Positions 48,637-58,191 of a stretch of DNA of 64,000 nt are shown piece after piece. How positions within the stretch are numbered: the stretch's first letter is position 1; each line of letters starts with the position of its first letter. The translations under genes were made by a program, and so were the position numbers. Source of the DNA: Patescibacteria group bacterium (lineage in GTDB: Bacteria; Patescibacteriota; Minisyncoccia; Phycocordibacterales; Phycocordibacteraceae); contig JAIELV010000001.1 in assembly GCA_019752595.1 (NCBI GenBank), forward strand, positions 489,209 through 553,208. The letters run 5' to 3'. The notes beneath the pieces were generated by a model. It did not search any database, had not been told where the DNA came from, and saw only the letters and a program-made list of their open reading frames with translations.

Positions 48637-48705
48637 GCCGATGGCGATGACAGAGAGCGCTCCGGGCCGCTAGGCCGAGTCTTACGCTCTGTCATCGCCA
48701 TCGGC
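48637..48705. repeat. 19-bp-arm inverted repeat between pilC and the pilin gene
   Basis: GCCGATGGCGATGACAGAG ... CTCTGTCATCGCCATCGGC. Confidence 0.8.
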
Positions 48706-48729
48706 TCCGCTTAAGAGAGAACGAAAGTC

Positions 48730-49938
48730 TTAGATGGATGCGGAAATGTTGTATATCGGGATAAGAACTGACGCGAGAAGAATACCGACACCTAAGCCCA
48801 AGACCACAATCATGAACGGCTCAATCAAATCTACCAGCGTGTCGACGGCGTTCATCACTTCGCGTTGATAGAACTTCGCAAGTGTTTTCAAAATACTGCC
48901 CAGCTCTCCTGTTTCCTCGCCCACCTTAATCATGGCGCTCATAATGCCTGGAATTTCTGGTCTGTTTGCAACCGCTCCTGAAATCGTGCCCCCGCCTTTT
49001 ATCGCGCGCGAAACATCCATAAATATTTCTTCATACACAGAATTACCCACGACTGATGCAGTGATTTCGGTTGCCTGCACCATTGAAATTCCTGAGCCAA
49101 GCATTGTTGCAAGGTTGTCGGCAATACGGCCCAAGTACAGCTTTCGGTATAGCTCACCCACAAACGGCGTTGAGAGCATTAGTCTGTCCCATGCCGCCTT
49201 CCCCGTCTCAGTCTGTACGTAGCGAAAGAGGAAAAATCCACCAATGACGAGAAGAATTAAGAGAAACGCGCCGTACGTAACAAAGAAATTACTGATGCTG
49301 ATAACTACTTGTGTATACAGCGGTACTTTTTGTCCAGCATCAATGAGGATTTGAGAAATTTTCGGAATGACCAAAGTCATCATGAGTATCATCACGATGA
49401 AGAAGGTAGCGATAACGAACGCGGGATAGATGAGTGCGTTTCTCGCCTTCGACATAATTTCGTACGTACGGTCCAAATAGTCGGCAAGGTAAATAAACGT
49501 CTCATCTAGCTTTCCTGCCTCCTCGCCTGCACGCACCATGTTTACGTAAAACGCTGAAAATACTTTTGGATGTTTTGAAAGTGCTTTTGAGATAGTGGTA
49601 CCCGCCTGTAAATCGTCAGCGACTTCGGTCAGCACGCGTTGCATCATCGGCTTTTCGGATTCAGATGCCAAGAGGCGGAAAATACGAAGCGCTGAAACCT
49701 GTGCCTCGAACAGTGTAGAAATCTGACGGGACAAAAGAACCACATCGCGGTTCGTGACGCTTTCAAAGAGAGTAAGGTTTGCAGAAAGAAAACCCTGTGT
49801 TTCCTCTGCTTCTTCGACAGAAGAAACCGTAAATCCGCGACGCTGAAGCGAGGTAATTGCAACGTCGCGCGAGACTGCATCAATGGTGCCTTCCTGCTTT
49901 GCGCCTGTCGTATCAATTGCCTGGTATTTGAAAATCAT
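48730..49938 (-). CDS. pilC: Type IV pilus platform protein
   Basis: NMVRAGEEAGKL, ALIYP, VGEETGEL, IEP. Confidence 0.93.
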   Translation of the reverse strand: MIFKYQAIDTTGAKQEGTIDAVSRDVAITSLQRRGFTVSSVEEAEETQGFLSANLTLFESVTNRDVVLLSRQISTLFEAQVSALRIFRLLASESEKPMMQRVLTEVADDLQAGTTISKALSKHPKVFSAFYVNMVRAGEEAGKLDETFIYLADYLDRTYEIMSKARNALIYPAFVIATFFIVMILMMTLVIPKISQILIDAGQKVPLYTQVVISISNFFVTYGAFLLILLVIGGFFLFRYVQTETGKAAWDRLMLSTPFVGELYRKLYLGRIADNLATMLGSGISMVQATEITASVVGNSVYEEIFMDVSRAIKGGGTISGAVANRPEIPGIMSAMIKVGEETGELGSILKTLAKFYQREVMNAVDTLVDLIEPFMIVVLGLGVGILLASVLIPIYNISASI

Positions 49939-50063
49939 ATTAGTGTTTGTGTACGAGTTCGCGAGTGCTACAAACAATTATACCCCGCCCTCTAAGCATC
50001 TTGGTTTGCGGAAGCATAGAGGGCGGGGTTAACAAAAATATATTCGCTCCGCTCATTATTTTT
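49939..50063 (-). repeat. Three-hairpin intercistronic element, copy 2
   Basis: Core at 49982-50029; fills the pilT-stop to pilC-start spacer. Confidence 0.8.
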
Positions 50064-51125
50064 CTAAATAAGACGCGAGAATGTTTTCGGATTGAATGCG
50101 CGAGCGAGCGCATTTTCGGGCGTTACTTCACCACGACGCACCAAATCGGCAAGGTTTCTGTTCATATCAATCATGCCCGACTCACTTCCTGTTTCAATAA
50201 CTGCATTTATTTCGTGTGAACGCTTTTCACGAATAAGGTTTGCAACAGCATCATTGTTAATCAAAAGCTCATACGCTGGAATGAGCCCGCCCGAAATACG
50301 CGGTACCAAACGCTGCGAGAAGATCCCTGCCAAAGAAGATGCGAGCTGAAGGCGAATCTGGTCTTGCTGACCCTCAGGGAAGGTGTCGATAATACGGTCG
50401 ATGGTTTGTGCAGCGTTGTTAGTGTGCAGTGTTGAAAGCACCAAGTGTCCTGTTTCTGCGGCAGTAACCGCAGCCGACATGGTTTCGGGCCCGCGCATCT
50501 CTCCCACCATTACGACATCAATATCCTGGCGGAATGCGGAACGGAGTGCTGAGTGAAATGATTTCGTATCGATTTCAACTTCTCGTTGGTTTATGACGGA
50601 ATTTTTTGATTCGAACGTGTACTCAATCGGATCTTCAATCGTGATGATGTGCTCAGTTCTTGTCTGATTAATCCTCTCAACCATTGATGCCAAAGTTGTT
50701 GATTTGCCTTGTCCTACAGGGCCCACGACCAAGAAGAACCCTTGCTGAAGCTGGCAGAAAGTTTCAAGAACAGGAGGAAGGCTCAATTCCTCAAATGTCT
50801 TTATGGAATTTGGAATGAGCCGAAGCGCCACAGAAACAGTGCCTTGCTGGACAAACCCATTTCCACGGAAACGAACTTTATCTTTGTATGAATATGAAAA
50901 GTCGACTTCTTGAGTTTCGAGGAATTGTTTCTTTTTCTCAGACGAGAGCATCGCAGAGAGAATGCCCATCGTGTCGTCAGGCGTATATTTTGTTTTCTTC
51001 AAAAGCGGAATCAAATTCCCTGACACGCGGATAATCGGGTTCATTTTTGCCATGAGATGCAAATCGGAAGCACCCTCTTTAATCATGGTCTCTATCAAAT
51101 TTTCGAGTTCTGATTTGTATTCCAT
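50064..51125 (-). CDS. pilT: Type IV pilus retraction ATPase
   Basis: GASDLHL, GPVGQGKSTT, TIEDPIE, AAETGHLVLSTLHT, VANLIRE. Confidence 0.95.
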   Translation of the reverse strand: MEYKSELENLIETMIKEGASDLHLMAKMNPIIRVSGNLIPLLKKTKYTPDDTMGILSAMLSSEKKKQFLETQEVDFSYSYKDKVRFRGNGFVQQGTVSVALRLIPNSIKTFEELSLPPVLETFCQLQQGFFLVVGPVGQGKSTTLASMVERINQTRTEHIITIEDPIEYTFESKNSVINQREVEIDTKSFHSALRSAFRQDIDVVMVGEMRGPETMSAAVTAAETGHLVLSTLHTNNAAQTIDRIIDTFPEGQQDQIRLQLASSLAGIFSQRLVPRISGGLIPAYELLINNDAVANLIREKRSHEINAVIETGSESGMIDMNRNLADLVRRGEVTPENALARAFNPKTFSRLI

Positions 51126-51254
51126 ATGGTTAGTGTTTATTAGCGAACAACGTGAGGTTAGAAACACTTCCACCCCGCCCTCTAAGCGTCTTTGCTTGAG
51201 GAGCACAGAGGGCGGGGTCTAAGAAAATATAATTCACACTGTTCATAATATTTT
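51126..51254 (-). repeat. Three-hairpin intercistronic element, copy 3
   Basis: Core at 51172-51218; fills the receiver-stop to pilT-start spacer. Confidence 0.8.
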
Positions 51255-51659
51255 CTAAGGCTTTTGTTTCGCTTCCGCAATCGTGAGTGTTTTCTGCAAC
51301 ACCTCCGATGGAATGGAGCTTGCTTTAATAATGTACCCCGACGCACCGAGATTCATCGCTTTATCAATATCTTCCTGCTGACCTTGATTGGTGAGCATGA
51401 TAATCGTCGTTCCCTGAGCGAGGTTCTCCTTGCGTACCGCTTCAAGAAACTCAAAGCCAGTCATTGAAGGCATCACGACGTCGAGGAGAATAATGTTTGG
51501 CTTGGCCCCACCGCGAAGCTTCTCCAGTGCCGCGCGTGGGTCGGTCATTGCATCAATAGTGCAACCCGAATCTTTAAATTTGAGCGTGTACATATCCAAA
51601 AGAAACTTATCGTCGTCGACAAGAAACACTGAATATGAAACTTTTTTTTCTTCTGCCAT
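51255..51659 (-). CDS. Single-domain response regulator (receiver)
   Basis: LVDDD, LLDVVMP, MLT, YIIK. Confidence 0.9.
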   Translation of the reverse strand: MAEEKKVSYSVFLVDDDKFLLDMYTLKFKDSGCTIDAMTDPRAALEKLRGGAKPNIILLDVVMPSMTGFEFLEAVRKENLAQGTTIIMLTNQGQQEDIDKAMNLGASGYIIKASSIPSEVLQKTLTIAEAKQKP

Positions 51660-51662
51660 ATA

Positions 51663-53459
51663 TTACGCAGCATCGGCCTGAACTTCTGGCTCTTTCGTCT
51701 CTGTTTGCGGCTCTTCGTCCGCAGTATCCCCGCCAAGAGTGTTCGTTTCTTCAAACGGAATCAGGCCGCCGAGCATCTTAATGATAGCATCCTCCTTCAT
51801 GGTGATCATTCCTTCACCGCGTGCAACTTTGAAAATATCTTCTTCAATCGGATGCGCAAGAATGGTGCGCTCCATCGCTTTCGTCATCGGTAACATTTCA
51901 AACACGCCAATTCGTCCACGAGTGCCGTTTGCACACTCAGGAGACGGTGAAATACCGTACACCTTCTCTGCCTTCGGTATTCGTTTTTTGAACTCCGCTG
52001 GTAAATCGGCAAATTGTGCGTCCATCATTTTCTGAATCGCTCCTGCAACAGGAAGTGGTTTGTCGACTGAATCTTCGCATCGGCGTCGCACCAAGCGCTG
52101 TGCCATCGATAGCACTAACGTAGGCGCAATCAAGTACGGGTCGACACCCATGTCGATGAGGCGCGGGACAACACCAATGGCATTGTTCGTGTGTAGCGTT
52201 GACAGCACCATGTGGCCAGTGAGCGCAGCTTGAATAGCCAATTGCGCTGTTTCTTTGTCGCGAATTTCTCCAACCATAATGACGTCAGGGTCCTGGCGGA
52301 GTATTGAGCGTAATCCTGAAGCAAACGTGTATCCGATTTCTGGTCGCACTTGTGACTGCGAAACACCGTCAACGTCGTATTCGACTGGGTCTTCAAGTGA
52401 AACGACGTTCGAACCTTCCCTATCCAACTCCTGAAGCATTGCATAGAGTGTTGTCGATTTACCGCTTCCTGTTGGACCCGAAATGATGATGATGCCGTAC
52501 GGGCGACGAATGGCGCGCCGCACCGTTTCAATATCTTCTTTGCCCATGCCAAGCGATTCAAGTGTGAGGGCTTCACGCTTCCTATCCAAAATACGCATCA
52601 CCACTTTCTCGCCGTGGTACGTAGGGAATGTGGACACGCGAAAATCGATGCGTCGATTATCAATCGTTGCTGAAAATCTTCCGTCCTGCGGTTTCCTTCT
52701 TTCGTCGAGCTTCAATGAAGAGAGCACTTTAATACGTGCAACAACCGCGCGTTCAACGTTTTTCGGAAGTCTGAGCGACGTATACAAAACACCGTCAACA
52801 CGGAAGCGAACCTTGAGCTCATCTCGTGTCGGTTCTATGTGAATGTCGGAGCCTTTGCCGTCAACTGCATAGCGCAAAATGGTCGCTACAATTTTTGTCA
52901 CTGGCGCATCCTCTTTTATGCGTGTGACGTCCTGATTTTTTAGGTCTTTCTTTTCAGAGTCGTCTTCATTCAGCGTAATGTTGGTATCGTCGACAGTGGT
53001 CTGAAGCTCATTCAATGCTTGGCCAACTTCCCCCGTCAGACCTTTGTACATGGTGATGATGCGGTCAAAGTCAGTATCTGAAATCAAAAATACTTTATAC
53101 GGAAGCCCCGTCTTTGATGCAATAAAATTCAAAGCCTCGGTCGCCTCAAGGTTGTCAGGGTCGGTCGTACCGACTTCTAGAACACCGTCTTTAACATCAA
53201 CTGGCGCAAAGCGGTAATGTCGTGCTGAATCTTCTGGAATGTAACGGAGAGTTTCGTATGCAACGTTCTGTTCGCCCAAACTCCGCACAGGCACTTGATA
53301 GTATTCGCCACGCGCAGAAAGAATGTCATTTCCTGGAACACCGCGGTCCAAAAGCGCTTTTTCAAGCGTCTTTGAACCTGAAGATACTTCTTCTTTTACA
53401 CTCGCAACAGCCCCTTGGTCGATTAAGCCTTTTTTCGAAAGAATCGAGAGTACATCCAT
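51663..53459 (-). CDS. pilB: Type IV pilus assembly ATPase
   Basis: SDIHIEP, PQDGR, GPTGSGKSTT, LRQDPD, TGHMVLSTLHTN. Confidence 0.95.
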   Translation of the reverse strand: MDVLSILSKKGLIDQGAVASVKEEVSSGSKTLEKALLDRGVPGNDILSARGEYYQVPVRSLGEQNVAYETLRYIPEDSARHYRFAPVDVKDGVLEVGTTDPDNLEATEALNFIASKTGLPYKVFLISDTDFDRIITMYKGLTGEVGQALNELQTTVDDTNITLNEDDSEKKDLKNQDVTRIKEDAPVTKIVATILRYAVDGKGSDIHIEPTRDELKVRFRVDGVLYTSLRLPKNVERAVVARIKVLSSLKLDERRKPQDGRFSATIDNRRIDFRVSTFPTYHGEKVVMRILDRKREALTLESLGMGKEDIETVRRAIRRPYGIIIISGPTGSGKSTTLYAMLQELDREGSNVVSLEDPVEYDVDGVSQSQVRPEIGYTFASGLRSILRQDPDVIMVGEIRDKETAQLAIQAALTGHMVLSTLHTNNAIGVVPRLIDMGVDPYLIAPTLVLSMAQRLVRRRCEDSVDKPLPVAGAIQKMMDAQFADLPAEFKKRIPKAEKVYGISPSPECANGTRGRIGVFEMLPMTKAMERTILAHPIEEDIFKVARGEGMITMKEDAIIKMLGGLIPFEETNTLGGDTADEEPQTETKEPEVQADAA

Positions 53460-53465
53460 GGGTGT

Positions 53466-53798
53466 CTACTGGCCTGACGCGGGTCGTGATTGTCCTTGGC
53501 CAAGTGGTGCAAAAGGATTCACGCGTCCGACAGGCTCATTCACCAAATCTTGGCTGAAATCTTCAAGGCTTTGGAATGCTTGGTTTGAAAAAATAGCTTC
53601 ATCAAGTGTAATTGATTTCAGTTCCAACAGGAGTGAAATGAGATCTTGGTCCGCAGGTGTTGCCGTTGAAACCTGTTCTTCTTGCAATACCGCATTGCTT
53701 GATTCCTTGCCAGTAAAGAAATATGAGTATGCAAAAAATGCGATCACGACAATGACAATGACGAGGATTGCAGTTTGGTTTTGTTTGAAGAAGTCCAT
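53466..53798 (-). CDS. Pilus-associated membrane protein (PilP-like position)
   Basis: TM helix and a C-terminal GRVNPF; follows pilO. Confidence 0.65.
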   Translation of the reverse strand: MDFFKQNQTAILVIVIVVIAFFAYSYFFTGKESSNAVLQEEQVSTATPADQDLISLLLELKSITLDEAIFSNQAFQSLEDFSQDLVNEPVGRVNPFAPLGQGQSRPASGQ

Positions 53799-53802
53799 AC
53801 GT

Positions 53803-54345
53803 TTACGGTTTTAACCAATAGGTTCTTATGCGAAGCGTGTAATCGTACACCCCTGTTTCAGTTGCACGAAACTCAAGCCCTACCACGTCCACCAAACGCA
53901 GGCTTCTTTCCAAGTCGTTAAGAAAACTTCTGAACGTATCGTACGTACCTGTTACTGAAAACGAGAGCACCACAGATTCGTACGCTGCGGTGTCAGGGCC
54001 CAATTCCCCTGTTTGCACACGGGAAGTATCTCCTTCAATCGCCACTTCGCGTACACGCATGCCGTAACGGCTTGCCATAGAATCCAAATCCAAAATCAAA
54101 CGCACGTTGTCGAGGTGGTCAGGCACTAATTTCTGAAGCTCATTGAGGTCAGTTTGCGGAAAGGTGTTGTACCGCGCTAACAGCTGATCGCGCACATCCT
54201 GCAATTCTTTTGAACGATTAAGCGCTTGGTCAAGTTGTGACTGCTGACCCAAAAGTTCTTGCACGCGCACATACGCAGGGTCGATGTACCAAAAGAAAAG
54301 TGCGATTGCGATAAGAACAAAAAGAATTGGCGTGAAGAGTTTCAT
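53803..54345 (-). CDS. pilO: PilO-like protein
   Basis: TM helix, coiled coil, GTYDTFRSFL.DLE.SLRLVDV, TY. Confidence 0.8.
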   Translation of the reverse strand: MKLFTPILFVLIAIALFFWYIDPAYVRVQELLGQQSQLDQALNRSKELQDVRDQLLARYNTFPQTDLNELQKLVPDHLDNVRLILDLDSMASRYGMRVREVAIEGDTSRVQTGELGPDTAAYESVVLSFSVTGTYDTFRSFLNDLERSLRLVDVVGLEFRATETGVYDYTLRIRTYWLKP

Positions 54346-54346
54346 A

Positions 54347-55015
54347 TTATGGTGTCGTTGCTGGCCCTGCTGCTCCGCCTGCGGGTTGGTTTGTTGTCGA
54401 AGCTGGTACGGATTCAACTGCTGGTGAAGCAGGCGCACCACCTGAATATTTCAGTCTTCCTGTATCAATGATTGCCTGAAAATCAAATTCAATGGCTCCC
54501 GTATTCCCGATGTTTACGTTCGAGAAGATAGGTTCAGTAATAATGTCGCTTTTCGAGAAACCGCCCGATTGAAGTGCAACCGCATTAAAGCTCTGCGCTG
54601 CTCCTTTTGCTGTCATAATCACTTTCCCTGCTGCAGGAGATGAGTATGAGAAATCGCTAAAACGAACTGAGGCGAGCACCAAAGATTCAAGTTCATCAAA
54701 AAGCTTTGAAACTGCCATGTGTTCTCCGAGGAGCACCTTGCCTGTTTCGATACGAGTATTGAGGCGGGAGAGCTCCTTAATTGTTGCGGGTTCAAAAGCG
54801 GCACGAGAAAGTTCCAAAGATTTCTGTTTTGCCGAAATAGCTTCTATGGTGAAGCGTTCAAAGAGAAACATGCCCGCAGAACCGAGGATGGCGAGTATGA
54901 GCACAAAGCCCGCGATGACATTCGCGAGTGCTACCGGGTTTCCTTTCGGGCTTTGCTTTCTCTCAACCTCCAAGGACGCCTTCGGTATGAACGACGTCTT
55001 CACGCGCTCTTCCAT
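54347..55015 (-). CDS. pilN: PilN-like protein
   Basis: TSFIP, TM helix, G.A.SF..VA.Q; lies between pilM and pilO. Confidence 0.7.
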   Translation of the reverse strand: MEERVKTSFIPKASLEVERKQSPKGNPVALANVIAGFVLILAILGSAGMFLFERFTIEAISAKQKSLELSRAAFEPATIKELSRLNTRIETGKVLLGEHMAVSKLFDELESLVLASVRFSDFSYSSPAAGKVIMTAKGAAQSFNAVALQSGGFSKSDIITEPIFSNVNIGNTGAIEFDFQAIIDTGRLKYSGGAPASPAVESVPASTTNQPAGGAAGPATTP

Positions 55016-55093
55016 AGAGTGAAGTGTAACACTCGAAAAGTTAGAAGCCCTGAATACAGATACAGAAAAAGTGGATACGCGAGAAGCACGTAC

Positions 55094-56203
55094 TTATTTT
55101 TGCAGTCCTCGAAGTGCGAGCCCTACTGCAGTTGCGAATGACGGACCTGCTTCTTTGAGTACGTCATCAATAAACGCAGGGGCAGAAACTTTATCAAACG
55201 GAGTTGAAAGAGTGACGCGCGCATCAAAGTAGCGCGATGCAGCTTCGACAATACCTTTTAATTCAGCGCCTCCACCAACAAAAACGACCTCTGAAATTGC
55301 TTTCCCCTCTTTGCGTTGGTACGTGAGCAAGATTCTTCTTGCCTCAGAAAATATGAAATCAATGGATGCTTCTCCGACAGCGTTTTCAATTAAGCCTTTC
55401 TCGCGCTTCTTCACTTCGGCTTCGGCAAATGTCAGATTCTGCGATTTCGAAATAGCGAGCGTAAAATCCTGCCCTCCGCGAGGGATGGTGTGTGACACAT
55501 CAATAATACCGAATTCAATAATATAGACGCGGGTCGAAGATGCGCCGAAATCCATAACCATCGTCGGTGCGGTGCCGTGCTGGTATGCAGAGCGCGCCAT
55601 GGAGAACGGCTCGACTTCATAAAATTTTGGAACGAGTTTTGTATTTGCAGTAACCGTAGAAAATTTTGTGAGCGTCTGATTGTGAATCGCAACCAAAAGC
55701 ACATCAGTTGCATTTATGTTCCTTGGCACACCTTGGGCACCTAAAAATTGCGCCTCTTCTTCGGGAATCTCGAACCAATCGAGAGATACTTCTGAAATAG
55801 GAACGGGAATATATTTTCGCGCCTCAAGTGGAACCATTGTTTGCAAATCTGCACGATTTTTTGTGGGAAGTGTAATAACGTTAATCAAACTGCCCGAGAG
55901 CGGAATACCAAATCCCGCAGATTTTGCAGTGACATTTGCTTCGCGAATAAGGTCGTTCAATGCTTCACTTGTCTTTTCTGCAGGAGGATTGACCGATTGC
56001 CCTACTTCGCCGTTTCCGTAGGGGCCCATAGCAATCTCGCCGTATGTTTCGAGTACCGCGACCCCTTTCTGTTGCACGAGCTGCACTATCTTTATAGAAG
56101 AAGTACCTATATCAATACCAGCGACACTCTCCGAGTCTCTACTTTGGAGCGAACTGCTTATTTGAGAAATTATTTGAGATAAACCAGGAATAGAAAATGC
56201 CAT
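55094..56203 (-). CDS. pilM: Type IV pilus assembly protein PilM
   Basis: GIDIGTSSIKIV, EARKYIP, MDFGASST, GGGA, AVGLALR. Confidence 0.93.
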   Translation of the reverse strand: MAFSIPGLSQIISQISSSLQSRDSESVAGIDIGTSSIKIVQLVQQKGVAVLETYGEIAMGPYGNGEVGQSVNPPAEKTSEALNDLIREANVTAKSAGFGIPLSGSLINVITLPTKNRADLQTMVPLEARKYIPVPISEVSLDWFEIPEEEAQFLGAQGVPRNINATDVLLVAIHNQTLTKFSTVTANTKLVPKFYEVEPFSMARSAYQHGTAPTMVMDFGASSTRVYIIEFGIIDVSHTIPRGGQDFTLAISKSQNLTFAEAEVKKREKGLIENAVGEASIDFIFSEARRILLTYQRKEGKAISEVVFVGGGAELKGIVEAASRYFDARVTLSTPFDKVSAPAFIDDVLKEAGPSFATAVGLALRGLQK

Positions 56204-56229
56204 AGGTGTACACTTCTTACAAGGATACC

Positions 56230-56871
56230 ATGATGCGTGCCTTGCTATCGACGATTCTCGATGCGCTTCTGCCAAAAAATGTAGACGCAAAGCGTGCGTC
56301 GGCAATTACAGAAACGGATTTGCAGAAATCATTTCATCCGCGCTTAGCGCGCGAGGCGTGGATTATTTCATTCTTTCCGTACAGCAACCCTACGGTACGT
56401 GCGCTTATCCGCGGAGTAAAATTTTACGGGATCACGGCCCCGCTCCCTGCGGTCGGAAGTATCGTGGGCGAATACCTTCTTGAGCATATTTCTGAAAAGA
56501 GATCGTTTGCAGGCTGGAACACTCCCTTATTGGTTCCCATTCCCTCTTCAAAAAAGCGCATGCGTGAACGCGGGTACAACCAAGCGGAACGTTTTGCCTT
56601 TGCACTTCTGCCGACGCTTATGGAATCCGTGGAATTCGCTCCTGAAGTACTCATGCGCGAAGAACGCGAAAGTCAGACACGCATTTCTCGAAAGGAAAGA
56701 GAACATAACGTAGCTGGTGCGTTTTCTGTGTCTGACGCAACAAAAGTTTTTGGCAGACACGTCATTCTTATCGACGACGTGGTGGAAAGCGCAGGAACCA
56801 TGAACGACGCCCGCCGCGCCCTCCTTTCGGCAGGCGCGGCGGATGTGTTCGGTGTCGCTATTGCGCACTAA
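56230..56871 (+). CDS. comF: ComF family competence protein
   Basis: VPIP....RERGYNQA, NVAGAF, LIDDV..AGT. Confidence 0.88.
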   Translation: MMRALLSTILDALLPKNVDAKRASAITETDLQKSFHPRLAREAWIISFFPYSNPTVRALIRGVKFYGITAPLPAVGSIVGEYLLEHISEKRSFAGWNTPLLVPIPSSKKRMRERGYNQAERFAFALLPTLMESVEFAPEVLMREERESQTRISRKEREHNVAGAFSVSDATKVFGRHVILIDDVVESAGTMNDARRALLSAGAADVFGVAIAH

Positions 56872-57698
56872 GCCGAAGGTGCTTCCTCTTCACTTTTTTC
56901 GAAGACTAGAGAAACATCGCCGAAATCAACAGGAAACTCCCCTTGCTGATTTTCAAACTTCACGAGAACCTGATTATTTAAAACTGAGATAACCGTAGCA
57001 GACGAGTCGGGTGGAAGATCCTCGAACTTACCTGCGGTAGCGATTGCAGTCAATCTTGCAAAACTCACCAATACTTTGTCTCCCCGAAGATACACCTTCC
57101 CTACAAGTTTCTCGTCCCGTGAACGAAAATCACGGATAACCATATCTATCGTGTCGCGCTCAAAAGCACGATCGCCTTGCATATCTGCATGAGAGAGCGG
57201 GCGAAGCTGTTTTTCTTCTTTTTCTGCCTCCGCAAGACTTGCCTCATCACCTGCTGCTTTAAGCGCCGCAACTTCGCTCAAAACGCGCTCGCGGTTTCGG
57301 AGCACCCATCGCTCATGATTCGTAGCAGCTACCGCTTCAATGAATTTGTCGTCAAGCGGAATGCCGTCCCGAAGTGCGGCTTCAACACGTTCATACGGGA
57401 AACGAATATCTTCGACAATGTCTTCGCGTCTGCTGGGTGGAAGTTGATGGAACAAGAGTGCCCGTATATCAACACCAATGCGACCCCCCGACATTTTCTG
57501 AGTAAACATCCTGTTCTTTGAAAGCCACTGCTTATCCATTATCGGATCAAGCTCCAAAATTTTTGGTTCTGCAGGTTGCCCACCAGTCTCCCTAATTTCT
57601 GCACTGCGCTTGAGTATCGGTTCATCGTGCCGAGCTTTACCTAAACGTTCAGCGGCTACTGCGCTTTCAGGAACCACTATTGCTTCTCTTTTTGACAT
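56868..57698 (-). CDS. Hypothetical protein with RyR-repeat-like segment
   Basis: IEAVAATNHERWV...QLRPL...ERDTI. Confidence 0.5.
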   Translation of the reverse strand: MSKREAIVVPESAVAAERLGKARHDEPILKRSAEIRETGGQPAEPKILELDPIMDKQWLSKNRMFTQKMSGGRIGVDIRALLFHQLPPSRREDIVEDIRFPYERVEAALRDGIPLDDKFIEAVAATNHERWVLRNRERVLSEVAALKAAGDEASLAEAEKEEKQLRPLSHADMQGDRAFERDTIDMVIRDFRSRDEKLVGKVYLRGDKVLVSFARLTAIATAGKFEDLPPDSSATVISVLNNQVLVKFENQQGEFPVDFGDVSLVFEKSEEEAPSA

Positions 57699-57794
57699 AT
57701 TCAATATTATATCAAATTTACCAACAAAGTCAAACACACATACAGGGAAGCATTCCCCCATGCCCCACTCGAGACACTGGTTATTTCTTTTCTT

Positions 57795-58097
57795 CTATTT
57801 AGGAATCCACTTTTTTGCAACGAGACCGTCGCGCATTGTGCTAAATCCTTGCTCTATCACAGGCCACGATGTTCCTTTCAACGCAGGCACTACCGCGCCA
57901 GCAGCAATCATTGCCTTTATCCTTGCCACGTCAGCGGCAGCTTTTGTGTACGTAAAGAAAGCATCTTCCTTGTCAGTCGTCCGTCTGAGAAGCTCTATTC
58001 TTTCTGCAACATTAATCATGAGCGTGCGCAGGGCTTCTGCCTGTCGCTCTAATGAGAGAACTACTTTCTCTGCTTGCGGTGCTCCTTGGTCAGCCAT
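57795..58097 (-). CDS. Hypothetical protein
   Basis: 100-aa ORF; no recognised motif. Confidence 0.5.
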   Translation of the reverse strand: MADQGAPQAEKVVLSLERQAEALRTLMINVAERIELLRRTTDKEDAFFTYTKAAADVARIKAMIAAGAVVPALKGTSWPVIEQGFSTMRDGLVAKKWIPK

Positions 58098-58191
58098 ATA
58101 TTTTTTTGATTAGGCTGGTATATAACCACTGTACGCTTCGCCCAAAAATGTACAAGAAGGACTTTTAGGGCTTACCTAAAGCCTCAATTTC

